Shown here: piece after piece, positions 28,793 through 37,533 of the stretch
How positions within the stretch are numbered: position 1 is the first letter of the stretch
Layout: every line of letters begins with the position of its first letter
Assembly (NCBI GenBank): GCA_043809245.1
Contig: JAZDDZ010000054.1
Coordinates: 51,988 to 115,987 of the forward strand
Direction of reading: 5' to 3'
DNA length: 64,000 bases
Source of the DNA: Candidatus Iainarchaeum sp.
GTDB lineage: Archaea > Iainarchaeota > Iainarchaeia > Iainarchaeales > JAZDDZ01
Translations under genes and position numbers: made by a program
The notes under the pieces: model-generated
What the model saw: the letters and a program-made list of their open reading frames with translations, nothing else
Databases searched by the model: none
Told to the model about the DNA's origin: nothing

Positions 28793-30547
28793 ATGACTCT
28801 GAGAACTCCGATAATTACCGTGATGGGGCATGTGGATAGCGGAAAAACGAAATTTTTGGACAGTATACGCGGCACAAGCATTGCGGAAAAAGAGGCAGGG
28901 GGAATAACGCAGCACATTGGCGCGACAGAGGTGCCGTTGCATGTGATAACCAAAAGCGCGGGAACGCTGATGGAAAAATACAAGTTCAATGTTTCGCTTC
29001 CAGGGCTTTTGTTCATTGATACGCCGGGGCATGCGGCTTTCACGAATTTGAGAAAGCGCGGCGGAAGCATTGCGGATTTGGCGGTTGTTGTTATTGACAT
29101 TAACAAGGGGTTTGAAGAGCAAACCATTGAAGCGCTTGAGATTCTGAAAAGCTATAAGACGCCGTTCATTGTCGCTGCAAACAAGGTTGACATGATTCAC
29201 GGATGGCACGTGACAAAGGGAAGCATTACCGAGGGCCTTGCGGTTCAGGCTGAAAAAATATTGCAGGAGCTTGACGAAAAAATTTACGTGCTTGTCGGAA
29301 AACTGCACGAAAAAGGGTTTCAAAGCGAAAGGTTTGACCGAGTAAAGGATTTCACAAAGGAAATTCCGATTGTGCCGATAAGCGCAAAGCAGGTTGAGGG
29401 AATTCCTGAAATCTTAATGTTTTTGGCTGGCTTAAGCCAGAGGTTCATGGAGAAAAAGCTGGCTGTGCACGTGAAGGGCCCTGGAAAGGGAAGCATTCTA
29501 GAGGTAAAGGAAGAAAAAGGTTTGGGAAAAACGATTGACGTTATTTTGTATGATGGAACTATTCGCGTGGGCGATGAAATTGTTTTGGCGGGAATGAATG
29601 GTGTGATTAAGACAAAGATCCGCGCATTGCTTGAGCCAAAGCCATTGACTGAGACAACTGCTTCTGGGGAAAAATTCAAGCCTGTTCAGGAAGTTCATGC
29701 GGCGGCTGGATTAAAGATTGCCGCGCCAGGGCTTGACGAGGCCTTGCCCGGCTCTCCGTTAAGGGTTGTTGTTTCAGGGGAAGAGGAAAAAGAGGTAATT
29801 GACGAAGTCCAGAGGATAAAAATTCATTCCGATGCAGTCGGGGTTCTGGTGAAAACAGATGCCTTGGGTTCACTGGAGGCAATTGAAAAGCTGTTGACGG
29901 GAAAAGGCATCAAGCTAAGGAAAGCCGACATTGGCGAGGTTTCAAGGAGAGACGTGATGGAGGCTGAAACCGTAAAGGAAAAAGATCCCTTGAATGGAGT
30001 GATTTTTGCATTCAATGCAAAGGTGAACGAGGCCGCAAAAAGCGAGGCTGAAAAAAGGGGGGTAAAAATTTTTGAGGAAAGGGTCATTTACAGGCTTATA
30101 GAAAATTACGAGGAATGGTGCGGAAAGGAAAAAGAGGAAATCAAGAGAAAGGCATTCGAGCACTTGACCACGCCGAGCAAAATTCTTTTAATGACAGGGC
30201 ATGTTTTCCGCAACAGCAAGCCCGCAATATCAGGGGTCAAGGTCCAGCTTGGAAGGATTAGGAAGGGAATGGATTTGATGAGGGAAGGTGAAGTTGTCGG
30301 AAGCATTGAATCAATCCAGTCAGAGAACAAGTCACTGGATGAGGCAAAACAGGGGGAAGAGGTCGCGGTCTCCATCAGCGGCGCGGTTTTCGGCAGGAAC
30401 ATATTTGAAGGGGAAGAGCTTTACTCGTTCATTACGCCAAACCAATTGAAGGAACTGGAAAGGCTCAGGGATTCTTTGAGCCCGGGGGAACAGAAATTGC
30501 TTGAGGAAATAAAGGAAATGGAGCTCAATGCAAAGGCAAGGGCGTGA
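28793..30547 (+). CDS. infB: Translation initiation factor aIF5B (IF-2)
   Basis: GHVDSGKT; EAGGITQHIGA; DTPGH; NKVD. Confidence 0.97.
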   Translation: MTLRTPIITVMGHVDSGKTKFLDSIRGTSIAEKEAGGITQHIGATEVPLHVITKSAGTLMEKYKFNVSLPGLLFIDTPGHAAFTNLRKRGGSIADLAVVVIDINKGFEEQTIEALEILKSYKTPFIVAANKVDMIHGWHVTKGSITEGLAVQAEKILQELDEKIYVLVGKLHEKGFQSERFDRVKDFTKEIPIVPISAKQVEGIPEILMFLAGLSQRFMEKKLAVHVKGPGKGSILEVKEEKGLGKTIDVILYDGTIRVGDEIVLAGMNGVIKTKIRALLEPKPLTETTASGEKFKPVQEVHAAAGLKIAAPGLDEALPGSPLRVVVSGEEEKEVIDEVQRIKIHSDAVGVLVKTDALGSLEAIEKLLTGKGIKLRKADIGEVSRRDVMEAETVKEKDPLNGVIFAFNAKVNEAAKSEAEKRGVKIFEERVIYRLIENYEEWCGKEKEEIKRKAFEHLTTPSKILLMTGHVFRNSKPAISGVKVQLGRIRKGMDLMREGEVVGSIESIQSENKSLDEAKQGEEVAVSISGAVFGRNIFEGEELYSFITPNQLKELERLRDSLSPGEQKLLEEIKEMELNAKARA

Positions 30548-30602
30548 GTGTTATGGTAAAAAATTTCATTGAAAAAAAATGTTTTTGTTGGAGGGATTGA
30601 AA

Positions 30603-31073
30603 GTGAAACTGGTTATTTCTGACCCGAAAAGCGGGAAGGCTTTCTCGAAAAACGTGGAGGACTCAGCGATTTTCATCGGGAAAAAAATAGGCGAAGAGAT
30701 TTCATTGGACAGCATTGGCCTGGGAGGATACACCGCCAAAATATCGGGTGGTTCGGACAAGGATGGCTTTCCGATGAGAATGGATTTAAGCGGCGCCGCA
30801 AGGAGGAAGATTTTCATTGTGTCAGACAAAAGAAGCGGCACAAAAATCAGGATTTCAAAAAGAGGAAACACGGCGGGAAAGGAAACAAGCCAGCTGAACC
30901 TTGTGGTATCAAAGCACGGCTCAACGCCTTTCCAGGAATTAATGCCGAAAGAAAAAGTTGAGGTTAAACAGGAATCAGTCAAGGAACAGATGATAAAGGA
31001 AAGCCACGAGGCGGCTGCGAAAATGAGCGCTGAAGAGGCAAGAAAATTCATAAAGGGAAAGGCAAAGGCGTAA
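30603..31073 (+). CDS. rps6e: 30S ribosomal protein eS6
   Basis: KLVISDPKSGK; ISGGSDKDGFPMR. Confidence 0.94.
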   Translation: MKLVISDPKSGKAFSKNVEDSAIFIGKKIGEEISLDSIGLGGYTAKISGGSDKDGFPMRMDLSGAARRKIFIVSDKRSGTKIRISKRGNTAGKETSQLNLVVSKHGSTPFQELMPKEKVEVKQESVKEQMIKESHEAAAKMSAEEARKFIKGKAKA

Positions 31074-31098
31074 AAAAATGAGAAAGAGGAATTGATGC

Positions 31099-32307
31099 AT
31101 GGCTGGAAAAAGTGAAGCTACTCAGTCTGAGATAAACATTGGCCTCACAGGGCATGTTGACCACGGCAAAACCTCAATTGCTCAAACCCTTACAGGCAAA
31201 TGGACTGACACGCACTCTGAGGAAATAAAGAAAGGCATTTCAATAAGGCTTGGGTATGCGGATGCGTCGTTCTACAAGTGCGATGAATGCAAGGGAGCGG
31301 AGGCTTACACGAATTCAGAGAAATGCCCTTCCTGTGGAAAAAAGGCAAAGCTCTTGAGAAAAGTCAGCTTTGTTGATGCACCAGGGCATGAAACGCTTAT
31401 GGCGACAATGCTGAGCGGAGCCGCGCTTATGAACGGAGCAATTCTTGTCATTGCCGCAAACGAGCCCTGCCCGCAGCCGAGGACAGCGGAGCATTTGATG
31501 GCATTGAATATCGTTGGAGTGAAAAACATTGTTGTCGTGCAGAACAAAATAGACTTGGTTGACAAGGCGCAGGCATTGAAGAACCACGCGGAAATAAAGG
31601 GCTTCCTCAAGGAATACGGCTTTGAGAACGCCGTGATAATTCCTGTTGCAGCGAACTTCGGCGTGAACAGGGATTTGTTGATTGCTGCGATTGAGAAAAG
31701 CATTCCCTCGCCAAAGCACTCTGTTGAAAAGGGCCTGAAAATGTACATTGTCAGGAGCTTTGACGTCAACAAGCCGGGAATAAAGCCCGAGGAACTGAAA
31801 GGCGGGGTTGTTGGCGGAAGCATTGTGCACGGAGAGATAAAAAAAGGGCAGGAAATAGAGCTTTCCCCCGGCATTGATGGAAAAAAAATAGGCACAACCA
31901 TTACCGAGATAAGCGTCTCTGCTGGAAAGCTGGAGAACGCGCATCAAGGCGGCCTGATTGGCGTGCAGACAAAGCTCGACCCCTTTCTGACGAAAAGCGA
32001 CCAGATGAGGGGGCAGATAGTCGGAGAGCCGGGAAAATTGCCTGAGCCGACGAAAAGCCTGAAAATGGAGATATCGCCGCTGAAAAGGCTTATCGGCGTG
32101 ACACCATCCGAAATAAAGGTTAATGACGTGGTTGTCCTTGCATTGGGCACAATGACCGCGGTTGGAACTATTGTGAGGAAGCTTGCGGGAAAAGAATTCG
32201 AGGTATTGCTGAAAAATTTTGTTGTTGCGGAAAAAGGGCAGAATGTCGCGTTAAGCATTCGCGACGGCTCGCGCTGGAGGCTGGCGGCTTATGGAGTCGT
32301 CAGGTGA
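31099..32307 (+). CDS. eif2g: Translation initiation factor aIF2 gamma
   Basis: GHVDHGKT; TDTHSEE..GISIRLGY; DAPGHE; QNKID; RSFDVNKPG. Confidence 0.97.
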   Translation: MAGKSEATQSEINIGLTGHVDHGKTSIAQTLTGKWTDTHSEEIKKGISIRLGYADASFYKCDECKGAEAYTNSEKCPSCGKKAKLLRKVSFVDAPGHETLMATMLSGAALMNGAILVIAANEPCPQPRTAEHLMALNIVGVKNIVVVQNKIDLVDKAQALKNHAEIKGFLKEYGFENAVIIPVAANFGVNRDLLIAAIEKSIPSPKHSVEKGLKMYIVRSFDVNKPGIKPEELKGGVVGGSIVHGEIKKGQEIELSPGIDGKKIGTTITEISVSAGKLENAHQGGLIGVQTKLDPFLTKSDQMRGQIVGEPGKLPEPTKSLKMEISPLKRLIGVTPSEIKVNDVVVLALGTMTAVGTIVRKLAGKEFEVLLKNFVVAEKGQNVALSIRDGSRWRLAAYGVVR

Positions 32308-32692
32308 AAAAAAGGCCAGGGGCGTGGCGCTTGACGCGAACATGCTTTTGGCGGTAGAGCAGTTCAGGGTTGATTTGAAAGAGGGGTTGAAGAATATTTT
32401 CGGCGGAAAAATAGAGGTTGTTGTTCCAACGCAAGTCATGGAAGAACTTGAAAGGCTGGGTGGAAAGGAAAAAAAGCTGCAGAGGGCTGCAAGTGTTGCG
32501 GAAAAGGTTTTGAAGCAATTGAATGCAGTGGAAAAAAAAGTGGATGCGCGGAATGCGGATGAAGCGCTTCTTTTGCTTTCGGAAAAAGGTTACATTGTTG
32601 CGACAAATGACTGGGAATTGAAGAAAAAAATCATGAAGAAAGGCGGCAAAGTGCTGCATTTGAGGCAGAAAAAGCGCTTGGAGTTCGCGTAA
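32291..32692 (+). CDS. PIN-domain protein (Fcf1/Utp24-like)
   Basis: LDAN; V..EL; ADEAL; VATND; conserved position after aIF2-gamma. Confidence 0.85.
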   Translation: MESSGEKKARGVALDANMLLAVEQFRVDLKEGLKNIFGGKIEVVVPTQVMEELERLGGKEKKLQRAASVAEKVLKQLNAVEKKVDARNADEALLLLSEKGYIVATNDWELKKKIMKKGGKVLHLRQKKRLEFA

Positions 32693-32774
32693 CGAAATGC
32701 TGTTAAATTGATGCGGAATGTTGCGTTTTTTAAGTTATTGGTGAAAAAAATCTGAAAAGGAGTTGAAATAAAAC

Positions 32775-33392
32775 ATGTACGCGGTTTGCAGTGTAAGGGA
32801 CACGGTAAGGGTTCCGCCAAGCGATTTGGGCGGAAGCCTCAGGAAAGCCATGCTTAAGCTGACGAGGCAGACTTACGAGGGATTAATGGATGAGGACATA
32901 GGGGTTGTTGTAACGGTTTTAGAGGTTGAAAACATCGGCGAGGGAAGGGTTATTCCCGGAGACGGCGCGGTTTATGTTCCCGCTGACATAAAAATGCTTG
33001 TATACAAGCCGGAAATGCATGAAGTCGTTGAAGGGTTTGTGACCGAGATAACGGAGTTTGGCGCTTTCCTGAGGACAGGGCCTGTTGAAGGCTTGATTCA
33101 CGTGAGCCAGGTCATGGATGACTACATCAATTACGATGCGAAAAACAAGGTTCTCACGGGAAAACAGCACAAGAAAAAGCTTGGGGTTGGAGACGACGTG
33201 TTTGCAAAGGTTGTGAGCATTTCATTTAAGGGAAACATTTCGAATTCAAAAATAGGCTTGACCATGAGGCAGGAAGGATTGGGAAAAGCGGATTGGAAAA
33301 AAATTGACGACAAGGCGGTAAAAATAAAGGAACGTGAAATAAAAAGCGAAAAAAAGCCGGAAAAAAAAGATAAAAGCGAGGGAAAGAAATGA
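32775..33392 (+). CDS. rpoE1: RNA polymerase subunit E' (Rpo7)
   Basis: VRVPP; FGAFLRTGPVEGLIHVSQ; IGLTMRQ. Confidence 0.96.
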   Translation: MYAVCSVRDTVRVPPSDLGGSLRKAMLKLTRQTYEGLMDEDIGVVVTVLEVENIGEGRVIPGDGAVYVPADIKMLVYKPEMHEVVEGFVTEITEFGAFLRTGPVEGLIHVSQVMDDYINYDAKNKVLTGKQHKKKLGVGDDVFAKVVSISFKGNISNSKIGLTMRQEGLGKADWKKIDDKAVKIKEREIKSEKKPEKKDKSEGKK

Positions 33393-33583
33393 ATAAGGGA
33401 AAGGCTTGCAGGCAATGCAGGCGTGTAATAGAGGAAGGCGACAAGTGCCCGGTATGCGGGGGAAGCGCTTTCACAACCTTCTGGAGGGGCTATGTTGTAA
33501 TCATTGACTCGGAAAAGTCCGAGATAGCGCAGAAAATGGGTATAACCACGCAGGGAAGGTTTGCGTTAAGGCTTAGCAGGTAA
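33389..33583 (+). CDS. spt4: Transcription elongation factor Spt4 (RpoE'')
   Basis: ACRQC..CPVC..W.G..SEIA. Confidence 0.94.
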   Translation: MNKGKACRQCRRVIEEGDKCPVCGGSAFTTFWRGYVVIIDSEKSEIAQKMGITTQGRFALRLSR

Positions 33584-33604
33584 AAAGGAAAAGGAGAGGA
33601 GAGA

Positions 33605-33949
33605 TTGAAGCTGAACATATATTCAAGGGAAAAGAACCCTTTGCTTGAAAGGGAGGAAATAAGCTTTGGCGTTGAAAGCGCAAGCGTAACCCCTTCAAGG
33701 AAAGATGTCAGGGCGAAAATCGCGGCGCTTGTGAACGCGAAAGAGGAAACCGTTGTCATTGAACAGTTAAGGCAGCGCTTTGGCGAAAAAAAAACCGAGG
33801 GAACCGCAAGGGTTTACGCGTCTGTTGAAAAAATGAACAAAATAGAGCCCAAGCACCTTGTTGAAAGGAATTTCGGCGGCGGAAAAAAAGGGAAAAAGGA
33901 AGGCGAAGCAGAAGAAGCGCCAAAGGAAGATAAAAAAGCCGAAAAATGA
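33605..33949 (+). CDS. rps24e: 30S ribosomal protein eS24
   Basis: NPLLERE; TPSR; ARVY. Confidence 0.94.
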   Translation: MKLNIYSREKNPLLEREEISFGVESASVTPSRKDVRAKIAALVNAKEETVVIEQLRQRFGEKKTEGTARVYASVEKMNKIEPKHLVERNFGGGKKGKKEGEAEEAPKEDKKAEK

Positions 33950-33958
33950 AAAACAGTT

Positions 33959-34046
33959 TAAGATGAAGGAAAAATATATGCAGGAGGGGAATCAGGAAAT
34001 ACCTAAAACTGAAGGGGAACCTGGGTTCCCCTGCGGTTTGGAAGGA
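33959..34046 (+). repeat. Structured intergenic repeat element, copy 3 (S24e-S27ae junction)
   Basis: Hairpin AAACTG-A-AGGGGAAC-CTGG-GTTCCCCT-G-CGGTTT (34006-34039). Confidence 0.85.
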
Positions 34047-34055
34047 GTGATTTGA

Positions 34056-34247
34056 ATGGCTGACAAGGGCGGAAAGGCAAAGGGAAAGAAAAAAAAATCA
34101 GATTACTACAAAATCAGCGGGGAAAAAGCCGAGAGAAAAAACAAGGCCTGCCCTAAGTGCGGCGCAGGGGTTTTTCTCGCAGCGCACAAGGACAGGGTTG
34201 CATGCGGCAAATGCGGTTACACTGAATGGCATCAGGGCGCAAAATAA
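34056..34247 (+). CDS. rps27ae: 30S ribosomal protein S27ae (eS31)
   Basis: [20 protein letters not shown]. Confidence 0.96.
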   Translation: MADKGGKAKGKKKKSDYYKISGEKAERKNKACPKCGAGVFLAAHKDRVACGKCGYTEWHQGAK

Positions 34248-34790
34248 ATGTCCTTGGAATTTTTTCTCCAGAACATAATTTTTGACGCCTCATTGGCTGC
34301 GGCGGCTGTCTTATTCTACCTGTTCAACAAAAAAAAGCCAGTGAAAGAGCTTTTTCTTGAAAAGCCGAAAAGCATGAGGCGCGAGCTGAAGAACACGCTT
34401 GTGCTTACCGGCGCGCTCGTGCTGGCTTCAATTGCAATAGGGCTGCTTCTATACCCCTTTGGGCTGAATGATTCGGCTAAGGCAATTGAAAAAATAGCAG
34501 AGGTAAAGGAAATGGGTTTGTTTTTCCTAATCTACCTGTTCACTGTAAGGGTTGCGGTGGAAGAGGTTTTTTTCCGCGGCCTGCTCACGAGAAAAACAGG
34601 CGTAATAATCTCCTCTATTATTTTTGGCTTGAGCCATTTCGCTTACGGCTCGGCAATTGAATTGATTGGGGCAACTGCTTTGGGAGCGATTCTGGCAATT
34701 GCATTCAATAAAAACAGGTCAATTTATTCAAACATCCTTGCGCACTCGGCATATAATTTTATTACTCTGGCAATGGCTGGATTGATATGA
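34248..34790 (+). CDS. CPBP (CAAX/Abi) intramembrane metalloprotease
   Basis: EEVFFRG, FGLSH, HSAYN motifs. Confidence 0.88.
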   Translation: MSLEFFLQNIIFDASLAAAAVLFYLFNKKKPVKELFLEKPKSMRRELKNTLVLTGALVLASIAIGLLLYPFGLNDSAKAIEKIAEVKEMGLFFLIYLFTVRVAVEEVFFRGLLTRKTGVIISSIIFGLSHFAYGSAIELIGATALGAILAIAFNKNRSIYSNILAHSAYNFITLAMAGLI

Positions 34791-35371
34791 ATGGAAAAAT
34801 AAGCAAAGCCGTTGAATCGCTGCGGAAAGGCGGGGTAATAGTTTACCCCACTGAAACAAGCTATGGGCTTGGGGCAAGCATTGAATGCATTGGAGCAATA
34901 AGGCGCATTAAAAAAATCAAGGGAAGGGATGGAAGGAAGCCTATTTCAATAATTGTTTCCAGCGCAAAAATGGCGGAAAAATACTGTGTACTGGGAAATG
35001 ATGCAAAAAAATTAATGCGTGAATTCATGCCAGGGCCTTTAACGCTTGTTGTGGATAAAAAGAAAACCGTGACAAAGGAATTAACGCGGGAAAAAACGAT
35101 TGCATTCAGGGTTTCCTCAAACAGGACAGCGAATGCGATTGTGAAAGCGCTTGGAGTTCCGATAACTGCGACGAGCGCAAACAAAAGCGGGGACAAGCCG
35201 ATTTATTTGGGAAAAAAAGCTGAAAAGGAATTTGCGGGAAAAGTTGATTTTGTGCTTAATGCGGGAAACCTGCGGAGACGAAAAGTTTCAACGGTTTTTT
35301 CAGTAATGGAAAAAAAAATTCTTAGAAAGGGAAAAATTAGCGAGAAGGAAATTCTGAGGGTGCTTAAGTAA
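34787..35371 (+). CDS. sua5: L-threonylcarbamoyladenylate synthase (TsaC/Sua5, YrdC domain only)
   Basis: YPTETSYGL; KGR..KP; PGPLT; TSANKSG. Confidence 0.93.
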   Translation: MNGKISKAVESLRKGGVIVYPTETSYGLGASIECIGAIRRIKKIKGRDGRKPISIIVSSAKMAEKYCVLGNDAKKLMREFMPGPLTLVVDKKKTVTKELTREKTIAFRVSSNRTANAIVKALGVPITATSANKSGDKPIYLGKKAEKEFAGKVDFVLNAGNLRRRKVSTVFSVMEKKILRKGKISEKEILRVLK

Positions 35372-35551
35372 TTGTTTAGGATTTGAATCAGAAATTATAA
35401 CCACTCCCAATAGAGAATTTTTTCTTAGGACTCTGATTTTTCGGCTTAAACCTTTGCACGCCTGATTTCTACTTTTAGTGCAAAGGATTTAATGCCTCCA
35501 AAATCAGCAGAGACGTCCACGAAAAAATTCATTCTTTATGGAGGTGGTTCA

Positions 35552-35737
35552 ATGGTTAAAATTCAACTCCCATCAAGGGGGAAAAGAAGGTTGGCTGAAC
35601 AACTGGTTAGAATAGATCCAGAGAATTTAACCGATAAGGAACGTTGGATTCTGCAAGGGGCGATTTCTGATGCATTCCCGCATCGGAAACGCACTCCCGA
35701 AAGAGCTATAAAGAGAAAAAAGAGGAATTTATTATGA
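35552..35737 (+). CDS. Small basic hypothetical protein in AT-rich insert
   Basis: Strong GGAGGTG SD; ATGA overlap with next ORF. Confidence 0.6.
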   Translation: MVKIQLPSRGKRRLAEQLVRIDPENLTDKERWILQGAISDAFPHRKRTPERAIKRKKRNLL

Positions 35738-36558
35738 ACCCGATTATAACACTAAACGGACTGCTTAGAGCTTATTTGTACAACAAATGGAAAAGTCCAA
35801 AAATCGAATTGATTATTTATAATGCAAAATTTGCTCAAGTGACTGAAAAATTAAATGAAACTTTTTGTGCTATAATTGAATTTGGGAATGACCCCATATT
35901 GATAAAAAAAGCTCCATTTGGAAATAGGTTTTATTCACAAGTAAAAAATCAAACTTCCGTTCTTTCTATTGCAAAGTTAATCAGTTTAGAAGAAAAAAAT
36001 ATAATAAGAGAATTGGTAAAAGAAAATGGAGGCTATTACACAAAGAATGTAGAAGTGCAAATAAATCCTAGCGAATGGAACATGCAATTTCATGACTTTT
36101 TTACTGAAAGTCCTGAAGAACAACAATTGGTAAAAGAATTAGCGGAAAACTTCAAAATGCAGAATATTACTGCAAATTCAAAAAAAGCCAAAAAATATGG
36201 CAACGGGGACATTCTTTTAACCTATCAGCAAAAGGAAGTTCCCATTGAGATTACAATACACCCTCCAAGTTATAGACAAAAAGAAATCAAAAAAGGGATT
36301 AATGCTCCACACGGCCAAAAATGGGGAAAAGTGACCTCCAGAATTCTTCCAATGTTTATTTTTTCTGTAAACAATAAAAGCCCTTCCTTCATAATAATAC
36401 ATAACGATTGGAAAAAATATTCTCACACACAAAAACTTAAAGAACAGATTAAAAAATCAAAATGTTTTTTAATTTATACAAATTTCCAAAAAGATTGGGA
36501 AAAATGTGTAAGAGCAGAAATTGAAAGATTCTTAGGTGATGAACTTTGTTATGTCTAG
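35734..36558 (+). CDS. AT-rich hypothetical protein, putative PD-(D/E)xK nuclease
   Basis: E..GDILL..PIEIT pattern; visibly lower GC than flanks. Confidence 0.55.
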   Translation: MNPIITLNGLLRAYLYNKWKSPKIELIIYNAKFAQVTEKLNETFCAIIEFGNDPILIKKAPFGNRFYSQVKNQTSVLSIAKLISLEEKNIIRELVKENGGYYTKNVEVQINPSEWNMQFHDFFTESPEEQQLVKELAENFKMQNITANSKKAKKYGNGDILLTYQQKEVPIEITIHPPSYRQKEIKKGINAPHGQKWGKVTSRILPMFIFSVNNKSPSFIIIHNDWKKYSHTQKLKEQIKKSKCFLIYTNFQKDWEKCVRAEIERFLGDELCYV

Positions 36559-37526
36559 GAATTGAAAGCACCGCACACAGCTATGCCGTTGGAATAGTTG
36601 ATGAAAAATGTAGCATATTAGCTAACGAAAAACATGCTGTTATAACTGAAGAAGGGGGATTGATTCCAAGGGAGCTTGCAGAACACCACTTAAAATATGC
36701 AAAACCAGTGATTGAAAATGCCCTCAAAAAAGCAAGGGTGCAGCTAAAAGATATTGATTTGATCGCCTTCTCTCAGGGACCAGGAATCGGCAGCGCACTG
36801 ACGGTTGGAGCGGTTGCAGCCAGAGCATTGTCTTTGGCGCACGGCATTCCATTGATTGGGGTAAACCACTGCGTGGCACACATTGAAATCGGGAGAAAGC
36901 TCACAGGGGCAAAAAACCCTTTGGTTGTTTATGTCAGCGGCGCCAACTCGCAAATCATTGGATTTGAAAGCGGAAAGTACCGCGTGTATGGTGAAACGCT
37001 TGACATTGGCCTGGGAAACCTGCTGGACAATTTTGGAAGGGCAATGGGCTTGGGTTTTCCCGCGGGGCCAAAGCTTGATGAAATGTATTTCAATGCAAAA
37101 AAACTTGTTGAATTGCCTTACAGTGTCAAGGGAATGGACTTGGTTTTCAGCGGGCTCTTGACCGCGGCAGAGCAGAAAATCGGCAAAGCGAATGAAACGG
37201 ATTTGGCTTACTCGTTAATGCATACAGCGCTTGCAATGGTTTCAGAGGTCAGTGAAAGGGCTCTGGCGCACACTGAAAAAAAAGAACTTCTATTGGTTGG
37301 CGGGGTTGCTGCTTCTAGGGCTTTAAGGGAAATGCTGCAGGAAATGTGCAAAGGCCAAAAGGCAAAGTTTTTTGTTCCGCCATTCGGCGTGTGTATCGAT
37401 AATGGTTTGATGATTGCATGGCAGGGGCTGCTGGAGCACGTGCACGGGAAAAGAATGGCGCTGGAGGAAACTGAAATCAACCAGCGTTTCCGCACAGACC
37501 AAGTTCAAGTGAACTGGATGAAATGA
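36546..37526 (+). CDS. kae1: KEOPS t6A synthase Kae1
   Basis: LGIESTAH; VNHCVAHIE; GETLDIGLG; GGVA; DNGLMIA; RFRTD. Confidence 0.96.
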   Translation: MLCLGIESTAHSYAVGIVDEKCSILANEKHAVITEEGGLIPRELAEHHLKYAKPVIENALKKARVQLKDIDLIAFSQGPGIGSALTVGAVAARALSLAHGIPLIGVNHCVAHIEIGRKLTGAKNPLVVYVSGANSQIIGFESGKYRVYGETLDIGLGNLLDNFGRAMGLGFPAGPKLDEMYFNAKKLVELPYSVKGMDLVFSGLLTAAEQKIGKANETDLAYSLMHTALAMVSEVSERALAHTEKKELLLVGGVAASRALREMLQEMCKGQKAKFFVPPFGVCIDNGLMIAWQGLLEHVHGKRMALEETEINQRFRTDQVQVNWMK

Positions 37527-37533
37527 TTTTTTT

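Noticed and set aside
28300-29323. Long minus-strand ORFs (275 and 213 aa) and similar antisense ORFs throughout
   Set aside because: They are shadows of well-supported plus-strand genes (dut, infB and others) with no motifs of their own.
33858-34055. 65-aa ORF (MKEKYMQEG..GEPGFPCG) across repeat copy 3
   Set aside because: The equivalent frame has stops in copies 1 and 2, so conservation is at the nucleic-acid level, not the peptide level.
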